64,000 nucleotides of DNA, from the NCBI GenBank assembly GCA_030704615.1, contig CM060732.1:42904001-42968000 (forward strand), written 5' to 3'. Position 1 is the stretch's first letter. Each line of letters starts with the position of its first letter. The translations under genes were made by a program, and so were the position numbers. Below the pieces are notes generated by a model. That model worked only from the letters and a program-made list of their open reading frames with translations, searched no databases and had not been told where the DNA came from. Source of the stretch: Takakia lepidozioides (taxonomy: Eukaryota > Plantae > Bryophyta). Below are positions 26,424-38,614 of this stretch, one piece after another.

Positions 26424-26759
26424 AATAGGAGTATCTGAGAAGAGGGGATCCAGGCGCTCACTGTACCACACTCAAATCTTTCTCTCTCAGAACAGTTCAC
26501 ATCTTCGCATTTCGCTAATCCCCCGAACCTCACGCTCTCTGCAAGCTGCCCAAGGCCAGGCTCAGACTCGCAATCCAGAAAGCGATCCGACCTTCGCACG
26601 TGGTCCTCCTTTCACCAGTGCTACAGGGCACTGTCCCACTCTTCGTCGACGCTCCCATCCATAGTCTCTACATGAATGACTTCTACCGACATCCGTCAGC
26701 GAGGATCGGAGTCGTCATGGATGAAACCTGGTTTCAATTACAAACATAAAAATTACGAA

Positions 26760-27598
26760 AATGCATTTGGACCTAGATGGAGATTGCAGAGTGGGCTTAG
26801 ATGGGCCCGGATATAGGAGTCGCATATGATGGCAGACGCCCTTGGATACATAGGAGATTGCACTTGGGCTTAGATGACATTCGACACTAGGGCCTCTACA
26901 GGTGAGATGCACTTGGATATATGAATAGAAGATTGCACTTGGGCTTAGATTTCGATTTTCACACATGGGCCAACGGCATAGGCTACACTAGAGGTCGCAC
27001 TTGGGTCTTGACATAGGAGATGCATTGGGATACAGAAGAAATTGCACTTGGTCTTAGATTTCAATTCTTCACACATGGGCCAAAGGCACAGGCTACACTA
27101 CAGGTCGAGTTGCAAAGTAGCTACATCCAGTAAATCCCCCTCCTCTTGAGCTCTATCAGACATCAATATATGAAGCGAGACGTTTCTTTTGTTTTGTAGA
27201 TTTGAGATGTCCTCAACCGCGAGGCCCCAGCCCTAGTGCTTGGTACCATGGAAAGCCCTCAACGAGGAGGGGTGCACGGGCTTGGTCTCATGATTGTTGG
27301 ACCTGCGGTGTGGGAGATGTGGAATTTCAAGTACTTTGGGTCTCTGGAAATTCCCGAAAAATAGTAAATCGAGAGGAGAGATATCAAGGGAAAGGTCTCC
27401 GGTTCAAATATGGTCGTAGGCTCTGTGGAAAAAAAATGCATTTGGACTTCGATTACATTGGACCCTTGGGCCAATGGCAGAGGCTACACTAGAGGTCGCA
27501 CTTGGGCTTCGACATAGGAGACGCCGCATACATAGGAGATTACACTTGGGCTTAGATGATACTTGACACTTGGGCCAACGGCACATGCTACCCTAGTA
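26760..27598. repeat. Degenerate ~110-bp tandem repeats, probably transposon subterminal
   Basis: Recurrent gattgcacttgggcttagat and ggctacactagaggtcgcacttggg units at 26840-27110 and 27440-27598. Confidence 0.65.
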
Positions 27599-28549
27599 GT
27601 CTCTCATGAGGAGTGCACTTTACATCCATATTTGGCTATATACATCCACATATGTCAAATCACATCGAAAAAATGTGGCGGCCATCATAGCGCTCATCCT
27701 CATAAACAATGACATTTTGCCACGTCACCAAAGAGAAGTTGGGCAAACTGGAATATTTTATAGATTCCTAAAATGTCCTGAGCTAATTTCTCATAATTCA
27801 ATTTGTGGAGTGTTTGTATTAAAGGTTCCAGACAGCGTTTTTTTTTTTGGCAAATTTTCGCTATTTGGCGAGCTCAGATTTGACACTTCGATTTGCCCAT
27901 ATTAAACCAGCCCATCAGTGGAGGATCCTAGGGAATAGCCAGCGCGTCAGCCAATGTCCTTCGCATTATTGCCACCTCACCACCGAGCCGTCAAAATCAA
28001 TCGCCATATCAGCCGCCAATCTGTGGAAGAATCACGTTTAGATGCTACTGACGCTTGTTCACTCTAGCCAGCTCGTAGCGACTCGCAAGTGTTCCTTAAT
28101 ATCGTAGAGGCGTGTAGATCTACTAGTACTAAAGCTTCTCAATGTTTTAGCATCGTATTAGATATGCTAGATATGCTGGCAGCTGAAGCTTTTCAATGTG
28201 TTAGCGGCGCCGTATAGATCTATTCAATACTGCGTCGTTATGGAAGAATCTTCAGCAAGGAGTCCCTTCAAATTGGTAAGCACGATGGAGGTTGTTGGCA
28301 GATCAAACTCTAGAGATAAATTCAAGAGCTCGCATTGGGGTTCTCAAAGTGGTCATTCTCAATCTGTGCAGCTATGGCTCCATTGGTTCCACCAGCAAAT
28401 TTCAAATACAAACTGATCTTTGGTGCCACAACCCCATCGCATGTAGCATCTTCCAGCAATAGTAGTTCTGTTGTGACTATTCCTGAGAGTGCCCCAAGAG
28501 AAACATCACCTTTGACAGATGAGACAGAGAAAAGCAAGAAGAAGAAAGT

Positions 28550-30622
28550 GTAGTGGGCCCTAATGGCAAGATCTCTCAAGTCAGATGTAAAGTTTGCACT
28601 CATGTTAAGGGGAGGGAAAAATTGTTGGTGCCAAAACTTGATGGTCTCTACAAACATGCTGGCCACAAGAGAGCCGGTGACTCCACATCTGGTCACAGTA
28701 AGGGATCTATGTACTACGATCCTACTAACCAACACCAGAAGAACGAGAGATTTTTTGCAATACATGCCTCAGGGAATGTGCTGCATCAGTTGATACTAGG
28801 TCAAGCAGCTGGAGAGGACAGGAAAAAAAGAGTTCAATTTGCAGCATTGTTCTATTTGTTGTGTGAAGGTCGTCCTAAGCAGACATAATTTATGAGACTT
28901 TAAAGAACTTGTTTGGATTCTTGAAAGTGAAACATACCCCAAGGAAGCACTGGAGTGACAATGCAGGTTGGGACATGGCAGAGTGTCTCCATAGTATAGT
29001 ACTACAGAGGACCAAGGAGGTTGTCAGAGCAGCAAAGTTCATTTCAATATCAGCAGATGAGGTTACATGTCTCGATAACTCTTCGTGGATTTCTATCCAT
29101 GCTTATGTAGTTGATAACTACAGAAGAGCCCCAATTCTACTTACATCGTGGTCTGGAACAGATGTGCTTGACTGTCAAGCTTGCTCATATCCAAACAATG
29201 GTACACACCACACTTCTGTTGGCCCAACCTTCTTAGGGTGCCCAAAATATGTCTTGATGACAGTCAAATGACGGTGGAAATAAGCTTATGCATCATGTTT
29301 CACCCAATAGTTAGGGTAAACTATTCCCATGGCACTCATAAGCTCATGGTCGGGAAACCATCTCTGCAACTCAAGGGAAAGACTAGAACCAACATCTGAA
29401 CACTGATTTTTCACAGATTCCAGGGTTGTCTCCCACATAGCAAGGCCCACATACACAGGCTCACCAGTCTGCTCATGTGTGACATGCAAAAATGCATTCT
29501 ACCCAGCCACACGCATAGCACACCACACCGTATCAGTATTTGCAAGATTAGGATCGAGGACCCAAACCAAGGGCAAGGTTTCACTCCGAAATGATATTAG
29601 GTTGTTGAAGACTGAAAATGCATCATCTTTGAACTTCACCTCTTCAGCATTGTAAACCTTGAAAATGTCAGCCTGACAGAGTTTCACTGCCTCCACAAAA
29701 TCAACCACATATACATCCCTCCCTTACGCCAACTTTAGCAAGTAGTGCACAAGTTCTAGCAAAGATAAGATACAATGAATGCCCAGTAAGACCTCCAAAT
29801 CTTACAACCTTGAGATATTAGTATGAGTTGTTGTGCTCTCGCCTGTATCGGCCCACATCTGCATCACCCGTGGTTTATAGTCTTACAAAACTCTCTTAGT
29901 TGGGGATAACATTGACAACCATCTCGTTTTGACATTTCGCAAAATCTTCAGCCCTTTCTGATCCAAATGAGAGGCTAATTTTTGCCCTCTTGGGTGACCC
30001 AACAAAATAAGAATACAGTGTCTACAAGAGAGACCTTCTATCCTAGCAACAAGACCAAATGAACTGATGGACTTCACTACAAGGTCAGTTCGGTGGGCGA
30101 CGCAATGATGGGCACACTGAACGGGGCAATTTTTGACTTTACATGTGTAGTGACACCTGTCCGGATCCCTGCAAAGACACTACCCCCATCTGTGCCAAAG
30201 GAAACCAACTTCTGACCCACCGCCTCTTCATTGAGACTTCAAAAAAACGTGACTGCTCTCAATAAGATCTGAGTGATGTTATCTGCTGTTGCACCTCCAA
30301 ATACACATTCAAGGGTGCTGAATCTATAATGTTGCAAGATAAGAAGGAGTGCAACCTTTTGCGCCGTCTCTGGCTACGACTGACAACTTCGCAACTTCTT
30401 AATTAAAAGAAGATTGGGGAATATTTCAAGTTGGCAGAAATAGCCCTGGTTCAAGTCAGGCTTGGCTCTGTAGAAGATGAGAAATGTTTCAGTACAGTAA
30501 GCTTCATGAAAAACAAGCTCCGCAATCGACTCACGAATCATTTGGATCTGACTGTGAGAATGTACAGTCAATCGTTCTATACACTACAGGATTTTCCATA
30601 CGACCAGGCCATCGCTAGCTGA
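28550..30622 (+). pseudogene. hAT-superfamily (ZNF862-like) transposase relic with central segment inverted
   Basis: + strand: VRCKVC..LYKHAG zinc finger and FISISADEVTCLDNSSWISIHAY. - strand (29145-30314): LVSFGTDGGSVFAG and LKILRNVKTRWLSML. + strand again: GSVEDEKCFSTVSFMKNKLRNRL (hAT dimerisation region). Many stops and frameshifts. Confidence 0.88.
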
Positions 30623-31631
30623 AGAAAAGAAAATTCGCTATGGCATGGATGGATAAGTTATGTGGCTTTCTGCATTAGGGTATGGCCTTGCTGCCTGCAT
30701 CTACAATAGTCGAACTCGACACTTAATCAGATCGTTCTACAGTTTTCCATATACTTCAGCGTGCAATGATACAGCCCTAGGATGTTATCTGTTTAACTGT
30801 CGATTTGAACTTGTGCAATCGCGCATAGAACTAGGCATGTAAATATCTTTATATAGTGCCTACAGTTGAAAAGGGACATTTGAGCAGTCATTTCACTTCC
30901 AGTGCTACTTGTTCCAAGCTGTCAGCAATCTGTAGCCTTACGGCACAGGTGTGTTGTATGCCATAGGTGGTAACTTCTGTGAGGCCTGGGCTGTATGGAT
31001 ATACTCATTAGGAGCTCTCATAATTGTGTTGTAGCTTGTTGGTTTTTTTTTCTATTAAGCCATTCTAGACCAATCACTACAAGAGATGAACGTTTTTAGG
31101 ACTACGGATTTGGCGGAGTCATAAAAACGGCACTAGGTATACGACTACAGAGCGCTGAAATGCATTGCAGTCATAGTTTTATCACTTTATAGTAATGGAT
31201 ATCACTACATGACTCCGGAAAATTAGGGAGCATTGGTCAAACATTGTTGACCATGATGACAAGGATGGTTTTATGACTAGTGTGATATGTTTGACTAGAT
31301 GTGGACGACGTTTCATGGAATCTTGTGACTCCATGACTGAAAATGGTTTTACAGCTCTATTTATACGACTACATCCCTACACGTGTCATTTTGAAAGCAC
31401 ATACATGAATGTATTCATCCATTGGATGAGTTTATCCATCGATGACATAGCATGTAAACTTATGAGTCCCTTACTGCAAATTGTTTCATAACTCTATATA
31501 TATGACTACATCACTACACATGTCATTTAAAAGGCATATACATTAATGAATTCATTCAATGGATGGGTTCATCCATCCGCCTATACGGTGTGTCGATTTG
31601 ATATCTGTTCAATAAATTGGACCTGGATGGA

Positions 31632-32632
31632 TTTCGCGCGGTTTTTACTCACCCATCCCTTCGCTATCCGAGGCGGGAACTCCAAGATAGAAGAGTTGGA
31701 AATCTCTAAGCACTCAGCCCGCTCAAAACAATCAGTCATGACCTACAGCTAGTGTATCATGGGGGTGTTTCCTATTTGTTTTCCTTCCCGCATTCATGTT
31801 AGCTAGTTACTTTACTGTTGGTAATTTAAGTATCAGTTTGCTTTAGCAATCTATCGGATTCCATCAACTCATCCATCCATTCCACAGCTTCACCCAGATC
31901 TCTCTACACAGTGTGAGTATGAAGTATGTATCAGATTAATATCCATCAAGTATCAGGCTGAAGCCATGGAGTCTCTAATCTGCTCTACATTACAACTCTA
32001 CTGCTTGCATTCATCAAGCATCAACAGATCGTTCTCCTCCTACTCCGTGCTCTCCCTCTTTCTGCTCAGAGATGCGCTCTCCGCTTCATTTCTCCCCCCT
32101 TGATGTGCGTAGTCCCCCAAGAAGTCATTTTTCAGTCCTTGCTCCTGGCTTTATCTTCCTACCCGTTGTTCTAACCGTTTCCCTCACTAACCGTCATCCG
32201 TGAACTAACATGTTCCATTCGCAGATGTTGTTCCCCACAGTCGTTCCCTGTCCTGCTATCCGTTCCCTATGGTCGTGACAGCTGTGTCAAGCTGTGACTG
32301 GCTGTGTGAAACTGTGACTGGCTGTGCGACTGTGTCGGGCTGTGTCGAGCTGTGACTGGCTGTGACGGCTGTGTCTAGCTGTGGCGGCTGTGTCGGCTGT
32401 GTCGGACTGTGACGGGCTGTGTCGGCTGTGTTGGACTGTGACGGGTTGTGTTGGCTATGACGGGCTGTGTCGGACTGTGACGGGCTGTGTTGGCTGTGAC
32501 GGGCTGTGTAACCCCCCCCTTAAAGTGCGCTGCTGTCACCCCTAAGGCTCTTGTTGGTCTCAGTCTGTGCAAAAATTAAGGGTAACCCACAGATCCCGTA
32601 AAAGTGTCTAAGTCCCAGACAATCCTCTAACA
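31632..32632 (-). repeat. 3' LTR (contains a GGCTGTGTC/GACTGTGAC minisatellite)
   Basis: Near-identical to 42168-43185. Begins TGTTAGAGG on the - strand; the terminal CA has mutated. Confidence 0.95.
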
Positions 32633-32670
32633 TTACCCCTTCCCCTCTCAAAAAGCCGTGTCCTCACGGT

Positions 32671-35600
32671 TTACTGTTTGGGATTTGTAACCCTTTGTGA
32701 GCGAGCACCCTTCTGACGGTTAGAGTCTCGTGAAGGACTCCGTGTGCGAGCCCATGTTCTGTCACTGGTTGAGGGAGATGATTGAACACTACCTGGATAT
32801 GTCAGTCCCTCTGGAGGCTGATATCGAGGTAATCTTTCAGGCATATGAGACCCCCGTCGCTTCTTCTCTGCCATCTGAATTGTATAGTCCTCTGCCATGT
32901 CAAAAGAGTCCGCTGAAGAAATAGTTGTATCAGAATCCTCGTCCCCTCTGAGGTGTTTTAATTGTCGAACTCTAACTGGAATTCTCTGGGGCATACAATG
33001 TTGTCCCACCATGTCTGGAAGTTTAAACTGTAAAACTTGTTGTAAGCGCTGAATTGTAAAATTGGTGAAGACCCTGAGCTCCTTGTCTGTCCAGGTGAGT
33101 GGGGTACCAATGACTTGTGAATTGTGCAAGTATTTCCATGCCTCATGTCCCTTAAAGAAAATATCGTCAGGGCCGAATTTCTGTGTTGACAAATTGTTCC
33201 AGGCCGCATGAAATCATGAACGAATCTAATAATCCTTTTGCATCATAACTTTTGCCTCATATAGGTACATATGAGGTGGCACTGAAGGTAAGACCCAATG
33301 ATCCCCACTGGAATAACTCAGAAAGCGCGTTTGCATCTTCTGCTGCTCAATGTGATAACGTACCAGAAAACAAGCAGCGTAATATAACCCACAGCCTATG
33401 ACAATACTTGCTACCTCTTTGGTCTTGGTATAAATGAATCCATGTACAACTTGGAAGGCAATTAATTCCTTCAACATGGTACTTGTCTCATGCCAGTATT
33501 GCGCAAAGTGATGATCCTCAATTGGTCGATTGTTCGGAAGAACTTTAGTCCTAGTTGCCACTGGCAGCCAAATGCGCATGATTTGATAGTAATGTGCCAA
33601 TGACTGCGGAGGACTAAATTCCTTCCAAGCCAAATCCAACACAATGGGAATTTGGTTGAAGGGCATAATCATAGCCTGACTGTACTCCTGTGCAGCTGGA
33701 GTTTTAGGTGGGTTAAAAGCAGCATTCCCCCATACTTCAGGCTGTGGTGGTCATGGTGTGGCTGTAGTAACAACAAGGTCAGCTACTGGCACAGTGACTT
33801 GTTGTGGTGTTGGTGGCAGTGGCTCTGATACCATTGGCATCTCGTGCACCGCCTGCGAAGAAGACTGAAAAGCCAAAGTTCTCGATGTAAATAAGAAGCC
33901 ATCAGGTGTTCCTCAGGTACAAAGACTCTCTTGTCGATATTTGAAGTGAGGTCCTCCACCTGAGTCTGCAGGCCGTCTACATCCTCCTGTAACTCTGCTA
34001 TTCTACTATAGACATTGTCTATAGTAATTGTGGCAATGTTCTGCACTTGCAGTCTGAGCTCATTCATCTCGCTTTGGGTGAGCTTTTGTGGTGCTTTGCC
34101 TTCCACCGGCCCTTGTGCTAACCAGACCTGCATAAGGTGGTTATCCACCAAGTTGCTTGTGGTACCCCTGAGAGTCTGTTCCTCTATGAGCCTGTACACA
34201 TCTATTTGCTGCTGTAAAGCCTCCATGCGCTTCGCATGGGGTTCAACCAAATTCGCATATGCAGCAGCCAGATTATTGGCTTCCTTCCAAGCCTTGTTAG
34301 CCACAGAGAGTTCATTTCTATTTACCATGAGCGTTTGTTGCAGCTCCAGGATGTACCTCTCTTGGTCAGCTTCAACCTGCCTGTATTGCTTGAAAGTATT
34401 CTCATTGCGACAGATTGTATTCTTCATATCGACAATGAGTTTTGTTTGCTCGACATTCTGTGCCTCTGCCTTCGTACATCTTTCCGCTTGACTGTTAATT
34501 TCTATTGTAGCTTGGTCAAGCATAGTTGTGAGTGTAGCACATTGTATGGCCATCCTGTCATGCACTGTTTGCAACTCCGTATGTAGTGCATTCACTTCTT
34601 GCAACTTGCTTTCATGCTTCACCTGCATTTGGTATAGCTGTTGCTTATGTGCTTCGTGCAACTGGTCTTGCGCGAGGCTTGCCTCAATCAATTGTTCCTT
34701 GGCCAATTGCAAAGCCGCTTCCTTATTCTCTAAGTCTTGCTGCATCTTGAGAGTGACCTCTTCATCGACCTTGTTTGCACACTCAGTGGCAAGTCGAGCC
34801 TCAAACTCCTTCCTGAGTTCTTCCCTCAAAGCTGCCAATTGGGAAGTTGGAACATGAGATTTGACATAAGTGCCCAACAAATTAAGTGTCCTGCTTATGG
34901 AACTCATAAGCATGGCCTGTTGAGGGTCATCATGGTGAGCTTGCTGCTGTTCTCCCTGATCCTCAACAGTGTGATGCCTCACGAACCACTCAGGCCATTG
35001 CCCCACCAGATTTTCTTCCTGAACCACTTCATCCGTCATAGGTGCTGCAATGTCTTGACGTTCTACCTGTGGTACCTCCGTCACACGTGTGTGTATTATA
35101 TGCACCGCAGGGTTTCCCCTGGACAACCGCTGCACCTCCGGAATCACTGTTTCCCTGACCAGACCAGAATTTTCATAGAGAAGGTCCCCCTTCTCAATTT
35201 CTGCCACCACCTGTTCTGTAGTGGGAATATCTAACCCTTCTTTCTCCAAATCAATTATATCTGGTGGATCTGCATGGACAACTTGTGGTAACTCTGTGAC
35301 AAGCCGATCATCTGGCTGTGATGGCTGTGATACTGAAGTAACTTCCTCTTCCCTCTCTGAAGGTCCTGCTTCCAATAATAGCAGCTCTCTGTGCTGCTGT
35401 GCCCCTTCCTGCACAAGAGCTTGGGAAACACTATCATGCGGTTTTCGTGAAGCCAGTGGATCCGCCACTACAGTCTTTCCCCGCCTTTGTCTCTTAGTCT
35501 GGGGTTGCCCTGCCAGTCCACCCTCACTGTGTGAAGAGCCTTGCTATTCCATTGCAGTGGTTTCGGTCTCAAACACTCCCATCTCTTTTCTTTCCCGAGC

Positions 35601-36260
35601 ATCAAGTATGCAAGAATCAAGAATTATTTGAGCAATGATTGGGCCAGACACTATGATAGGAGACTTTGCGGCAGTGCCCTGTAATCTTTTCATCTCCTCT
35701 ACCAGTGCGTTGTACATTATGTCCGCCCATGCTACCTCTTCTCCTCTCAGGGCTTTGAGTATTTCCTCTGTGAAGGATCTGCTCAAATACTGTTGGTTCT
35801 GTTTCATGGCAAACAGAACGTTCAATACCTGGCCTACCTCCCTTAGCCCTGGGTAGACGGCCTTGGTACAAGCATAACCCTGAGTTTTAAAGAAACTTCC
35901 TTCTTGGAATAAGTCCCCTATTTGCAGTCTTGCCCTGTGCTCCTCCACATGCACCTGACCTGATGGCAATTCAAACAATTGCTGTAGGTATAGGGGAGTA
36001 ATTTCTAATTCAACTCCCTTCACCGTTGTTGCTCCTGTCTTAGGCTCAAAGTTCTGCAAGAATTGTAACATGTACTGCCTATGGTGCAATGTCCAATCTT
36101 TGCTTTGCAATCCTTCTAACCGCAGCTCCTTCAGTAACTGTACCGCCTGTGGAGTAGTAATCGTTTGTTTCTGCAGGATTGTGGTGCTCTTCACCCTGAT
36201 TTCTTCCATTCCTCTCACTCTCTTCATTCTAGACCCACAGAAAGGTTTTGGTTGTAACAA
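32671..36260 (-). pseudogene. Extra 3' ORF of the retrotransposon (plant-mobile-domain-like N-terminus, long coiled coil, globular C-terminus), broken into four frames
   Basis: ORFs 36260-35544, 35468-33783, 33672-33226 and 33192-32671 are colinear and in sense with pol. TVKGVELEITPLYLQQLFELP..G and VAWADIMY resemble TE-associated PMD/transposase_28-like ORFs. Heptad-rich E/Q/K region. Confidence 0.7.
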
Positions 36261-36949
36261 TTGAAGAAATGCCTACAGGGCACAAAGCATAAACGTATGG
36301 TTGCCACAAAATGCTATGGGTAATTTCTTGTAAGCCTGCGGGGCTTGCAAGCATCGATTAAGAGAAAAGATCCGCTCTGTTCTTCCGTCCCTATGCCACT
36401 GCGTAAGTAATATTGCGAGCGTATAGTCTGTTAGTTCCTCCATAGCTTCAAAGCTATAGCATTGATGGTTTGTCCCGTCGAGACGCCCGTTACTTGGAAT
36501 GACACCGACTCTTGCGCTTAAAATCCCTCCAATTTCTTGATCCTGCTTCTGGCTTTCGATTGGCTATAACCGCTGTGACTGGATTTTAGATTTAATTTTC
36601 TTTAGTGGACTTTCCCTGCTGGACTGTCCACTAGGATAACACATGTGACAAGAATTTCTGTACTTGCCGTTTGTTCCGTTGCCCTTTTTCCGTATTCATT
36701 AATGTGCCCGCCATTCATCCGAATTGACGTGCTAAGTAGGTACTTTGACGGCCATTCTTGTCCTCTTTCTTGATGACACTTGTTCTTGCACTTCCTTCTC
36801 AGCTGTGTGTCGCGCCCTGACTTGTCCCTTTCTAAACTGGCTTCCGTCTTTTCTTCCGCCGGCCATTTCCCTGAAGTTATCATGCGTCCACCTGTCACTG
36901 ATTCTATGGATTGTGTAACCCAAGTAGGCTGTATTGAGCTGTGACAGGC

Positions 36950-38548
36950 TGTGTCAAACTCAAACTCGTGCAAGATTATCAACCATCTTGCTATTCTTCC
37001 GCTTATCAGAGGTTTGTTTACCAGGTATATCAGAGCCTGATGATCCACATAGAACATAAACTTCTTGCCCAACAGGTAATGCCTGAATTTCTTCAGTGCA
37101 TAGATTATTGTCAATGCTTCTCTTTCCGTTGTGCTATAATTTCTTTCGGCATTGTTCATCAATCGGCTAGCATAGTACACAGGTGAATCTATCTTTCATG
37201 TAACATTTTGGGCTAACACTGCTCCTAGTGCTTCTCCAGAAGCATCACAATGAACATGAAATATTTCCTGCCAGTGAGGATTAATCAGCACAGGTGTAGT
37301 TGTTACTAACAATGTAAGTTCCTCAAAAGTCTGTTGACATTCAGGTGTCCATGCAAACACTACATCTTTCTTCAGAAGTTTGCTCAATGATGCTGCTATC
37401 TGTGCATACCGTCTGACAAATCTTCTGTAATAGCTGGTTTGTCCAAGGAATCTCCTTAGACTCTTAACATTCACTGGTGGTGGAGAGGCTTTAATGGCCT
37501 CTGTTTTCCTGGGATCCACAAGAAGTCCCCTTTTACAGACAATGTGTCCCAGAAGCACCCCTGAGTTCACACAGAAAGTACACTTCTCTGGATTCAGGCC
37601 CAGACCTCTCATCCTGCATCTGGCCAGACATAACTCCAATTTATGCAAGTGCTCATTCTTAGAGTTGTACACACTGAAATCATCCAAGAACACCTGCATG
37701 AAATCATCCAGATACTCATGAAAAGATTCACTTATCACTCTCTGAAAGGTTGCTGGTGCATTACAAAGTCCAAAGGGCATGACTTTGTATGCATAAGCAC
37801 CCCAGTCTGTGATGAAAACTGTCTTTCTTTGGTCTTCTTCTGCCACTTGCACTTGATTATAATCACTGAAGCCATCCATGAATGAGTACATCTCATGGCC
37901 TGCCACAGTGTCCAATACTGCTTCTGTGAATGGCAAAGGGAAATGATCTTTCTTCGTACAAGCATTTAGCTTCTTGTAGTTCACACAAACTCTTAGTTTA
38001 CCATTCTTCTTGGGAACTATCACAATGGGTAACAACCAAGTTGTATACTCTATTGGGTATATAAACTTAGCCTCAGCCAACTTCTTGATCTCTTCTCCAA
38101 CCTTCTGTGCATAGTTGGGATTCATTCTGTACCTTGCCTGCTTGATTGGTACTGATCTTGGTTCCAGTTCAATCTTATGCTGACAGATTTCAGGTGGTAT
38201 CCCTTTTAGATCCTCATAGCTCCAAGCAAATACATCTCTGTATTTGATGAACAAACTCTTAGCTTCTTCAAAGAATTCTGGCTCCAATTCAGCTCCTACC
38301 TTCACCATCCTCGGTTCCTCTTCAGTTCCCACATTCACTTCCCTCACCTGCTCATCAGCTGTGATTGTCCAACCAGTCACCATTTCATCCTGTAAACTCA
38401 CAGTGGCTGGTTCCTCTAGGATTTCCATTTCTCCTTCTCTTTCTTCATAGAAATGTGATGGGTAACTACTGGTTTCCTCTTCAATTGGTGTTGCTGACAC
38501 TACACCACAGCAGATACTTCTTAAACAACTTAGGCCTTCCAGTCGCAT
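36950..38548 (-). pseudogene. Reverse transcriptase and RNase H (frameshifted; ends at deletion)
   Basis: PIVIVPKKNGKLRVCVNYKKLN, FMDGFSDYNQV, MPFGLCNAPATFQ, VFLDDFSV, HCDASGEALGAVLAQ, YASRLMNNAERNYSTTERE, DHQAL, ARWLIILHEFEF. Confidence 0.93.
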
Positions 38549-38614
38549 CTCTACAACCTACTCCCACTCTGGGTGTGCCGCAAACAGGGTAGCTTCCTCA
38601 TCCAGTCCTCCTCT

